Below, in pieces: positions 26,593 through 39,046 of a stretch of 64,000 nt of DNA (position 1 is the stretch's first letter; the number at the start of each line of letters is the position of its first letter). A model generated the notes under the pieces. It made no database searches and was not told the DNA's origin. It saw only the letters and a program-made list of their open reading frames with translations. Source of the DNA: the human T2T-CHM13v2.0 reference genome, Homo sapiens. The translations under genes were made by a program, and so were the position numbers. The stretch is from NCBI RefSeq assembly GCF_009914755.1, contig NC_060932.1; one strand, given 5' to 3'.

Positions 26593-29500
26593 AAAATTAT
26601 ATCTGTTTTTAAATTTTACATAAGGGATATTTACAGTATGTGCTCTTTTGTGTCTGGTCTCATTCTCTCAACATCATGTATATGAGCTCATCAATATTCC
26701 TGTATATAGTTATTCATTACTTTTCATTTATATATGGTGTTTCTTTGACTGAATATACCATGATTTAATTCTTTGTTGTTCCGCTAATTAAAATTTGAAC
26801 TTTTTAAAGCTCTTGGCTATTATGAATAGTTCTGACGACCAAGGTGTCAATCTCTTGATTAACCTATATATGCATTCTCTTGTACATAAATGTATGCAGG
26901 AGACTAATGGGTCTTAGGATATGAATATGTCCAATTTTAGCTACTGCCATTTTTCCAGAGTGATTGTACCTAGGGTTATATGAGATATTTAAGCACTGTT
27001 CAACACAATTAGAATTGTATATATTTCATTATTATTATTATTTAGCTGATTGGACTATATGTAGTGGTATTGCATTATAATTTTAATTCATATTTTCTCC
27101 ATTTATTTTTTATTTCAAAAAAATTTCCTCTCTTCCATCTTTCTGTTTCAAGGAATTTTCTATTTTTTTATTTTCCTCTTAGCCTTTATGTCTGAAAAAA
27201 GTATTTTATTTATGAAATAAAAAATATTCCTGTGTTTTATTACTTGATTTTTGTTTTTAATCCTAATTTATATCTTCATTTTATTTTTCATCATCTTCTT
27301 AGCTCATTTTGAAACATTAGGTCATAATTTTCATCAATTTATGGGCATGTCCTATGCTAATGTTGCCTCTAAGTACATTATTCTGTCTTCGATGTTTTTC
27401 TTGTATCAGCTTTATATGTAATTCAATTATAACTTCTTTCTGTTCTTCATTTTGTAGACATCATTTATTTATAGCTGAACTTTTAGGAAAGAGGTTACAA
27501 AAGGCTTGTTTTTCTAGCTTCATGGCATTAGAGATCTTTCTGTTGCCCTGTGAATTGTTTTAAAAGGCACTGTCCCACATTCTGAGATGTCCTGGATCTG
27601 TTCTAACATTTCAGCTTTCCCTTTGCCCATATTTTTCTTACTCCTTCAATGAAAATATATGTTGCTAGAGGTTTCTCTCAGCTCAGGGCTTTGTTCTGAA
27701 GAAAGCTTTGACTGGACAGTAAGTTCACTCACTCCAGTGATGCTGCAATTGCTTCCATTGTCTGTTTTGTTTTATCGTTGTCCTGCAAGGAATCTTTGGA
27801 AGCGCTCACAGGACTCAGATGGTCCCAGCACCTTCAGACTTTATCAGAGACCCCTTTCACTCTGGTATTAATTTGAAACAAAAACACTTCAAGTTTCATC
27901 TTTTGTTCTCAAATCAGTCCATTGTACACTCCAGAGAGTTCCTATTAGTGGGATTAGTTTTTCTTTATTTAGTTCTTCCATAGTCGTGAGAGGCTTCTCT
28001 GCTTCTCTCTGCTTCCTCCACTCAGACGCTAATGCCATGCCAGGCCTATAGAGTTCACTTGTATTTTCTTCTTGACCAAGCAAGCACATTGGGGTGTGTA
28101 TAGCTATCTTACCTCCTTTTGTGTGGTCATTGTTGTAGATGTTGCCCATATTTTAATATTTTATGTATAAACCACTCTTCTCATTTTCAGAGGGATTTAA
28201 GAATGTTAAAAAATCTACATTGTCACCACCTCCATCTTCCTTCTGTTTTCTTTTAAGATTTGTAATATTCCAAGTTATATTAAATATATAGTCAGCTGGG
28301 TAGAGCACACTACCATTAATTTAATGTCATTGTTTCTAATGGATTATATGTCATACCTACTCATTTATGTGTTATTAAATGCTTAATAAAATAAAAGTTG
28401 CTATCATTTCCCAATTGTCCATAGATATTGGTGTCTTCTAACAACTGGCTCTTAAAGTCAGAAACGCTATTTAGACATTTTTGTTCTTGCTAACTTTCTG
28501 CCCTCGTTTTCCTGGCAAATGATTTCCAGAGCTAGATAGTTATACAAATGATGTTTTGTTTTTTTTTTAAATGTTTCTATTCATAAACTAGATTTTTGTG
28601 TGTTATAACTAGGAAGCAATAGTTTTGATCTACACATCAAAGATGACTTTGAAAGGCTTTCTTGATAGAACACAAATGTGTCTTCACAAATTCTAGGCAT
28701 TTATAGTCATCTGGAAAGAGCTAATACTTAGAAGAAATAAAAAAAAAATTTTCTAAAGCTATTTTACAACATTCATAGCCCTTTACTGAATTTAATCAAG
28801 CTTAAAGTTCAGAAGATGAAGAAAGCCACAAGCTTTTGGTTATTGTTATATATTTGAAAGGGCACCTAGGTTTAAGTTTCTTTTGAAATCTGTGTATCAT
28901 TTTCTAAAGCAAAAATGACAGGATTTCATGATAAGAGGGAAGCCACGTATTTACTCTTTTCTCTCAGGTTTTTGAGTTCCTAAATATTAAATAGACTTTG
29001 CCTCTTTCTTTTTTAAGACAAAAAAAAAATCACTGTTCTGTAAAAATGTACTGATTATTTCAAGAAGAGAAAGTCAGATGGTTTTGATTCCTTCGGCCCA
29101 CATAGTTAAATGCAAAGCTAATGCTGGGAAAACAAATGAATTTGGTATCAGATGTTATTTTACTGTGCTCATACTTCAACGAGATGAGTGGGGGATTTTG
29201 ACATGCAAGCTGCATTCATTAATTTAGGGCAAATTGATTGTATCTTTCTTGGTAATAAAACTTCAAAAAGCTACAGAAGAGGCAGGTAACATTGAGGGCT
29301 GGAACAAATATACCATATCTTAGTAGCGGTTTAGGTATGCAGCTATTTTAAAGAAGAGTGACATTGGCTTCTGAGAGACGAAGTGGAGATTAAAGGAAAA
29401 TGTGTATCTAATTTAGCTTTAACCAGTTATCTTCCAAAAGTTTTTAAGACCTTAGAAGCTAAGAATTTTAATACTTAGTATCAAAAAAAACCTTTTTATT

Positions 29501-30049
29501 GCAACAACAAATTAATTCGCTGTCCGCAAACTCCATTGGTCAGTGTCCAAAAAATATTGGACTGAGACAATTAACTGGAAAACATTGTGTTTTAACTTCT
29601 GTGGTATTAATATCAAAAGTAAAAAAATTCAGTGTCTATGTGCGTAAAAATAGTCAAACAGCCCATTTTATTTAATCAATATTAATTGAAACTCAATCTG
29701 TGTTTGAGCACATCCACTTGCATATGCATCTATCTAGAAGATCCTCGTACATCTAAGCTTACAGTTTAAAATGACCATTGTCCTTCAAGTTGGTCGCCTG
29801 GGGAAGGAGTTTACCTACTCCAACCATGTGGCATTGTTTGAAATATCTGCTTTGTTTTATCTCAAACTTGTTACCTGGATTATTCTCTAGTTTTATTAAA
29901 TAAAATAATTATTGATTCCTTGGAGTGTTATAAAATTTCAATTTCAAAGAATAAAGATTTTAATTGCTAACAAAAATTGCAGAAATGCATCCTGAACGCA
30001 GTTCTAAGAGTAGAATTTCAAGAAGCTTAAACAGTCGCAATTTTATTTA

Positions 30050-30426
<377 letters not shown>

Positions 30427-30534
30427 TTACATAAGATTTGATATATTGGTTAAACAATTAGTATTGTGAGATAAGATATACATACCAGTATAAAATACAC
30501 ATTTCCCATATATAAAGAATGTATGTGTATAATT

Positions 30535-30722
30535 GAATCATGAAATGTCATAGCTAAATGGGGTCTTACAGTTAATCTATTTCAGCGTTCAATTGCCACC
30601 TCCTGCCTTTAGACAAATGAGGACAAAAGTCCAGAAAATTTTATTTCAAGATCACACAGCTACTTAAGGCCTGAGCCAAAATTAGGTCCTGACTTCTGAT
30701 TCATTGCTTATTTCACTGAGGC
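30535..30722 (-). mobile_element. MIR
   Basis: gacaaatgagga...tcaagatcacacagcta...ggtcctgacttctgattcattgct. Confidence 0.65.
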
Positions 30723-32587
30723 ATGATTCTTTCTAAAAATATTATGAGCCTTCCTATCAACTTAAAATTACTGTTTTTAAGTTCTGTTTTTGAAAATGTA
30801 TTTCTTTCATTTTATACTTGGCTATCTAAGGTTTGTGTTCCCTCTGTGTGTTCTCCATCATCCCATTCATCTCACATAGTTAAGGGACTGTGGCTGCAGC
30901 CAAGCCTGAATAATTGGATACCTCTGTCAGCATTCATTATCAGGGCCTGCAGAACCCACACAGTGTGCCACTTTAGGAAAGGTTATGTTCCGTTGTAGAC
31001 AGCAATATGTGTGCTGATCAACCACCAACTTCACATTTTAAATGCAGAGCCTAAGTGCTTTTATAATCATGTTTTGATGAGGTGTGTGTTTATGTATGGC
31101 TTTTGACAGAAAGCCTTTTCTTAACAGGATCCCTTGAGTGGATACATTGAGTAGGTTGTGTGCCTAGGGTTACGAATCATCTTTTACATACAAACGTCTT
31201 ATTCTTAAAATATGTATTTTTGATATGCATAATGTGACTGAAAATATAAATGCTTTGGGCCTATGTACCTTGAAATTCTGAAAATATATTTCAAAATCTT
31301 AAATTGTTATCCACTACAACTTGTTCAATTCTCTTTATATGTATATTTCTTATGAACTCAACAAAGAAAACACTTAAGAATGTAGGTAAGCGTTGGAAAA
31401 CTCTATATCTTGAGATTATTCTCAAAAATATTCTGTAGAAAATACATGGAAATACACTTTGTATAGTTTTTGACTGACCCAAGAGTAATGTGAAATATTC
31501 AATTAAGTTGCCAGGGTAACCAAGTACTAGTCTTTGCATTTAATTTCTCTAGTTCAGTTATTTGATATTTGTGCATTGTCTGTTCTCCTGGGATCACTGC
31601 AGACTCTTAATTATCCCCATTAATGGAGAGGACTGGAAGAATAGATTCTCCTTAATAACAGTAAAGAAAGGTAGTATGCATATGATTTTGGAATGTATTT
31701 TGTGAAGAATATGTTTTTGTATGTTTTTAAAATAGAAAAAAATCCAGCTGTATGACAATGGACAAGTTACATAGTCTGCTCTGGGTTTCACTGTGGGTTC
31801 AGTGTTCCTATTTTGAAAATATAAAAATTTAATAGTAAATCCAAAGCTATTAGAGTGAATATTATCTGGGATTTCAGTGATATTGTAAAATATTAAACCA
31901 ACAAATGCTTTTAGTTCCCCCCATCTATCTTTTCTGGTCAATTCCCCGCTAGTCTTATTTCCAAGGAGAGGGATGCTTAGTGATTGTCTCAAAATAACAC
32001 AGATAGATGGCCCCAACGAAAGATAGCTTATTTCTCCAATAATCTTGATATGAAATTTTGGTATAATTTTTTAAAATTCTAGATAAAACACAATATTTTT
32101 ATGCATAATGAATTCAGAAATATGTAAGGTGAGTAACAGAGTAAAATTGAAAATCCAAGCAGTAGCTGTAAGCTGGCACTTCAGCTGCCTCAAGGAGGAA
32201 AGAGATTGTGGAAAAAGTAAGTCTTTCACTCAGTAGCCAAGGGTTTGGGTTAAAAAGTTCTACGATTATGAAAAATTTCAAGCCTATACAAAAACAATGA
32301 AAATAGCATAATAGGCCACCTCATACCCATTACTAAACTTCCACATGGCAAAATATGTTCATCTCTACGTTTTCTCAATTCCTAACATGCCTTCCAGGAT
32401 TATTGTGAAACAAAAACCAGGGAACAATACAATTTCAACTATAAGGTTCTTCACTGGGCGTATGTTAACTATGAGGGCTTTAAAACATAAATATAATAAA
32501 ATATAACTATCTTACCCAAAATTACTAACATCCAGTTAGGTTTCAGATTTGAGGAATTTAAAGTTTAACAATCATGTGCAGTCAGAT

Positions 32588-33292
32588 GCCCTATGTTTGT
32601 GGATTGGGAGAATTAATATTGTTAAAATGTCCATACTACCCAAAGCAATCTACAGATTCAATACAATCCCCATCAAAATTCCATGGTAATCTTTCACAAA
32701 AATAGAGCACACATGGGGAAAGGACAGTCTCTGCAATAGATGCTGTTAGGAAAACCAGCTATTCACTGCAAAAGAATGGCACTGGACCCTTATCTCACCC
32801 CATATACAAGAATCGACTAAAAATGGAGTATAGTCTGAAATGTAAGATCTGAAACTATAAAATAATTCAAAGAAAAACTTAGAGGAAAAGCTGCATGATA
32901 TTGGCTGAACAATGATTTTTTTGAATATGACACCAAAAAGCACAGGAAACCAAAGCAAAAATACACAAATGGGGTTTCATCAAACTAGAAAGCTTCCGCA
33001 CTGCAAAGGAAACAATTTAACAGGGCAAAAAGACAACCATAGATAGAGAAAAATATTTGCAAATTGTATGCTGATAAGGGGTTAATATTCAAAAAATGGC
33101 AGGAATTCAACTCCATAGCAGGAAAACAATCCTGTGAAAAAATGGGCAAATGATCTGAGTAGACATATCTAAAAAGAAGACATACAAATGGCCAAAAATA
33201 AAAGAAAAAATGTGCAACATCGTTAATCATCAGAGAAATGCAAATAGAAACCAAAATGAGCTATACCTCACACAAGTTAAAATGGCTATTAT
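32588..33292 (+). mobile_element. L1 (MA/PB-like) internal ORF2 fragment with an internal deletion and no A-tail
   Basis: ggattgggagaattaatattgttaaaatgtccatactacccaaagcaatctacagattcaat...ctcacacaagttaaaatggctattat. Confidence 0.88.
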
Positions 33293-36289
33293 ATTTTCAG
33301 TTTATTTTATAATGCCAAAATTATATTAAACGTATTTTTAAAAACTGGTTTTTGAAATATTTATCTTTTATATACTTGCAGCTACTGTAAATTATTTTAT
33401 TCTGGAGAACCTAAACAGACATAAAAAACAATGTAAAGAATTGACAGTGATCAATATCTTCTTTTACCTCCCTTTATCATAATTTGTTTTCCAGAAATAT
33501 TTAAAAGTAAGTTTTGACATCCTCTTACTTCTGCCTCAAATACTTCAGTGTGCATATCTGAAATACAAGGATTGTTTTTCTACATAACTAGCTTGGCATT
33601 ATCATGCTTTAAAAAATTATTGATAAAAGATTTATCAGTATTTAATACCCAATCTTATATATATCTTTTAATTTTCCCCATGCTATCTTTTCAATCTTAG
33701 TTTCTCCATTTAAAACACAAACAAGCCCTTACATTGTTAGGTACACCCACAGCCATGAGCTCATCCAGTCATCCCCTCTAGGCCCCTTCAGTGGACAGTT
33801 ACTTATTAAAACTGAGGTGAGCATTCTGATTCGAATCTGGTTTCAGTGTTTTTATTTAATTTTCTTGAGTTGATTCTTTCATCTTTACTCCCTCATACTA
33901 TATGTCTTGTTTTTTTTTAATTCCCTGGCTCATTTAAAGTTTTCCTTTTTATCTCTTGTTTTGATCAACTTGATTGGGACATGCTTCAGTGTAGCTATTT
34001 TCATTTTTCTTGTGCTTAAGCTTTATTGAGATTCTTGGATCTATGAATTTAAAGGTTTCACCAAATCAAACATTTCTTAGCCTTTAAAAAAAGTCCCTGT
34101 TCCCTCTTTTACTCTAGGCATTCCAATTAAGTGCATAGTGACTGGAGTGCCTGACGGAGATGATTTTCAGTGAAAGACTTTGAGAGCCTTATTAGGCACA
34201 CCAACCAGTCATCCATTTGAATAAAGTATATTGGGAGGTATAGATGGAGATCTGAATCTCATGAAAGAGTTTCACACTTTTTGCTATTTCCTGAAAGTGT
34301 CTTATCATTTCTAAAATCATGCTTTTCTTTATGTTATTTCATGAATCTGAAATGATCTATATCACCCCTTCCTTTACCCCATGTGGAAATGTAAATGATA
34401 ATTATAGGACAATTTCAAATTTTATTTCTTTTAAAAGATTTGTGTAATCTCCCCAGTTAAATGTGACCTCTTCCAACTCTGCCTTTGGCTTATGCCTCTT
34501 TTGAGCACTTTTACTTTACCTAGTGTTGTAAGCACTGGTGAACTTTTCTGTCTACTAGGTGATCATTACCTTGAGAGCAAGACAATGTGTTACAGTTTTT
34601 ATGCCCCTTATGGTACTGGTTCTAACTATAGTGTTTTGATAGATTGACAGCATTAAACTCATTGATTATAATTTATTTATTAAGTAATTCATCAAAAAAT
34701 TAATTACTAAATATTGTGAATGGATTGCCTTATTTTAAAAAATGAATTTAAAAAGTCATTTAACTCTGTTATAATATTCTTGTATATATATTATTTATAA
34801 TTTCTGAAATGCAAGATAAGGGATAGAGCTGCAGTGGTCACTGAGGAATGTTAATTTATCTTCAGTTTGTTATGTCTATGGTGCAGCGTTCAATGCAATT
34901 CAATTTTATTTCCCATATGTTGGCTACGGAAAAGGAACAATATCATTGCTTTACTGGAGCTAATGGGAGATAATTTATATGTTGATATGAGTAATTACTT
35001 TTAAATTTACTTCATAAATACCTTAGTAGCATTCAAATTTTGTATGAACTTTATTGGCATTCCCCACAAATTATATAGTGTATAGTAAAAGAAATAAAAA
35101 ATAACTGTATTGATCATATTATGCAACATTGTTGAGAACTATTTAAGAGTAGATAAAAAATAAAATGTTAGATATAATGAACTAATACTATAGGTAGTGA
35201 AAATGATAGTGGAGAATCATATTGAAATGTTGAGTGGAATGACAAAATGCAGATTGCTTCAATAAAGCAGAAAACCTGCAGTGTAGAACTAAAATGAAGC
35301 ATACTTCAAGTATGTAGTGATTCTAAGAATGTTTTCTTTCTCTTGGACACTTATAGTGAATATGCCTTCCTAACAATCTTTCATTCAAAACCATTGAAAA
35401 GAAAAACATACTAATACTAAGGATGCAAACCATCAAAGCTCTGCTATTGTTATTCCCACCATGAACACCTGCACTGCAATCAAGCACAATTCACAGATGT
35501 GAGCTGAAAGTGTGCTGATAAGCACATGTCTACCTTTTAGATTTTCATTGAATAAATACTACCTGGAAGTTCAGAAAAGTGGAAATTGAATGTGAGAAGA
35601 CTTCACTCAAAAAAGAAAAATCTCTCAAATGTTTTTCCCCATTTTTTGATTCATATCACATTTCAGTTGCTTTTCTAGAAACCAACTTTTAAAATTCTAC
35701 TTTTTTCTACAGACATCATGTGACATGGTAATTTAATTAACATCATTATTCTTTCATTTATATTTAATCTTATCTCTCAGTCTTGTCACTGCAAGTGATC
35801 AATTCAAAACATTTAAAAACAATGAGGTAAAATACAATAAACTTGTACAGATTTTCCTAGCTTACAGAATTTGGTAAACATGGTAGAATCCATGATGATG
35901 CCAGAGCACATTTGTTAGAAAAAAAAGTTTCAGTTTGATCATGAAAGTTGGGTGCATATTCTCCATCTCCTATGATGTCATACCGTGTGACCACAATCAT
36001 GTCTACTTAATTCATTTTGGATGTTTTGATGTACTTGAATTTAGAACACATCTGTCGGAAAGAGGAATTAGTGCCTTTACTAATGTTACCATTTTAAAAT
36101 ATGACAAAACCTAATTAAGAGTACTGCAAGTTATTGAAACATTCTTTATGTGGCTTTTTGTTTGGTCACTCTATTATATAGCAAATCTGTCCAAAGAATG
36201 GAACTTATAAAGAAATTTTAAAATAATTTCATTTTCTGCTGATGGCAACCTTTTTATGACCTAGGCCATATGACAAAGAATACACTTAA

Positions 36290-37290
36290 TAATTCAGCAA
36301 ATGATGAGAAACTAATATGTTCCAAGCAGTCCAGTTAGTACTAAGGATGTAATTCTAATCTAGATAAGTATACAGTTGATTGCAGAGGGATATGTACATA
36401 GATAATACAATGAGAACTTGTAAACACAATAAGAGTATGCAATCAACAAATACATATTGAACAACCACTATGTCCCAAGCACTGTGCTGAAATTTACATA
36501 CGCCAAAATTCCAGTAATAGTGGAACAATATTTCTACTGGAAAATGTTTAAAAAAATTTATAGAGATAGTACTTAATCTGCATTTTGAAGATAAATATGT
36601 TTTTAAATGAAGATGAGTTCAAGATTTCACTGCTAAAGAAGCAATGATTATAAAGGTCTAAGCTGAATCTAGATTTAAAAAGTAGTGAGTGATTGTCACT
36701 GAAGCCCAAGATAAATGGGGAGGAGAAGGAAAAGCTATTGGAGGTGCTTTTGATAAATATCTGGTAGATTCCTTAGGGGGATTATTTCCTTTAAGAGAAA
36801 TTTGGTAATCTCATTAGCCTTTTCTGTTCTGGGAGGGTAAGCTTCAACCCAGCCCATAGAGGTCTCTACTAGTATTAGCAAAAACTTGTATCCTTTGCAA
36901 GCTGGCATGTAGGTGAAGTCTAATTGCCAGGTGACATAGTTTGTCCAGAACAATACTGATTATATGACTATTTCTGAAATCATGATTAACAGTGTCCCTT
37001 TTCACTCCCAAAAGTTTCTTTGGTCTGAAGATAAAGTGCAAGGTTATTTTCTATAGAAAAGTTAATTTACAGAGTTCTACACATCAGCCCTTTAGCAACA
37101 GTAAACAGCAGAAGACTCTAAGTGGAAAAGTAATGCACATGCCTATCCTTAAAGATAATCCTGGCAGCAATGTGAAGAATAGTCAGGAATGAGACTGAAA
37201 CAGGATGATGGTGTATGAAACGTGTTAGCACAAACAGAAACAAAGGAGTTTGAATTAGAGCAATGCAAGTGGGAAGGAGAGGAATCCTAC
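36290..37290 (-). mobile_element. L2 relic surrounding the ERV fragment
   Basis: caacaaatacatattgaacaaccactatgtcccaagcactgtgctg and aagataatcctggcagcaatgtgaagaatag are L2-like. Confidence 0.6.
36760..36932 (-). pseudogene. Orphan gammaretrovirus-like (ERV1) pol integrase core fragment
   Basis: Translation WQLDFTYMP..KGYKFLLILVETSMGWVEAYP.RTEKANEITKFLLKEIIP matches the integrase motif WQxDFT...LLVxVDTFxGWVEAFP...EKAxEVxKxLLxEIIP. Confidence 0.9.
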
Positions 37291-37469
37291 CATAGGAAGA
37301 ATTTGGTCTTTTTCATGTCTTCTCTGGAAAAGAGCTAGAACACATTCTTACTTTCCTTTTCTTCTCTGTGTCCTTATGACATCGTTTGCCTATTCATGAC
37401 ATCTTGAACTCATCTTCATTTAACAACATATTTACCTTTCAAAATGCAGATTAAGTACTATCTCTATGA

Positions 37470-37791
<322 letters not shown>

Positions 37792-38579
37792 ACTTATTGT
37801 CTGAGTTGTAATTACTACAGGCTTGTCTTGCTCCCAAGACTTGAGAGTAGGAACTGTCTCATGTCACTTTTGCTAGTCTGTTCTTGCAGCTGTTCTCAAC
37901 ATGTGCAAGGCAATCTACAAGTATGTGTAAAAGAATGTTTGAAGGTAATTATACAATTGTGCCATTGTGGAAAGCATTGGATACAATGCCTAACTGCATA
38001 AAAAGCATCGGTATTTCTTTAACTTGAGAACACATACTGACATGCTCCTCGTGGCCTGAATCTTGTTTACCTCCCTAAAGCTCCATCTGTTGAATTTTCC
38101 AACTCATTTTCTCCAGGGAAAGAAAGATAATGCCTGATTCATTGCCCTCCATCACTTCACAGCAGAGAACTAATCTCTCAATTACTCACAATACAAATGG
38201 CGCTGTGTGACTCCCACGGTAAGACTCTGCCCTATTTTTCTCCAAAGGATCTTAATGGGGGACAAAGATCTGTGCTTCCAATACCACTGGGAAAATTTCC
38301 TTAAGTAGATTTGAGAAACTGAAGCTTTTCTGTCAATTCCTGAATTGTGTTATCTGTGGAAATTTAGACTATAGAGCCATGTATATCAGTTCTAAAGTGT
38401 TGAAATACACATTCTATATATGTATATGCAACAATGTGTTTACATAAAAAATAATACATGCACATCCATCCTATCATCAACCTTCTATTTTAATATACCT
38501 CTCTTTTTGAGGACTTTTCAAGGTGGTATTACATATATTTTCTATTTCAATTCTATAATTCTTACGTTTTATCAATAGA

Positions 38580-38735
38580 ATACATATATGTGTTCTACCT
38601 GTGTATATATCTATGTATGTATATTTATATATATATGTATGTATATGTATATGTGTGTATATACACACAGAACACATATACACATATATGTGAGTATATA
38701 TATCTATGTATACAGATATATATACATATAATGTA
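38580..38735. repeat. (TA/TG/CA)n low-complexity tract
   Basis: Alternating purine-pyrimidine sequence. Confidence 0.85.
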
Positions 38736-38855
38736 TTTCTTCTATTTGTTTACCTAGTGTTATAGCTCCTATAGGAAAGCCAAGACAAAGGCTCGATTCT
38801 ATTTATTTAACGATTTTTGGAAATGATTTTATATTTATAGTAGAAATACATACTT

Positions 38856-39046
38856 ACAAAAGTACAAAAATTAGCTGGACATGGTGGTGCATGTCTGTAA
38901 TCCCAGCTACTCAGGAGGCTGAGGCAGGAGAATCGCTTGAACCTGGGAGGTGGAGATTTCAGTGAGCTGAGATCATGCTACTGCACTCCAGCCTGGGGGA
39001 CAAAGCAAGACTCCTTCTCAAAAATAAATAAATAAATAAACAAAAA
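38856..39046 (+). mobile_element. 5'-truncated AluS (right monomer)
   Basis: tacaaaaattagctggacatggtgg...(AAAT)n tail. Confidence 0.92.

Noticed and set aside
28949-28970. Strong-looking splice acceptor ttactcttttctctcag
   Set aside because: No convincing downstream open exon and donor pairing; such sites are common in AT-rich DNA
31594-32016. 140-aa minus-strand ORF in mostly unique sequence
   Set aside because: No recognisable domain, non-ATG start, overlaps a MIR-like fragment; composition typical of random AT-rich ORFs
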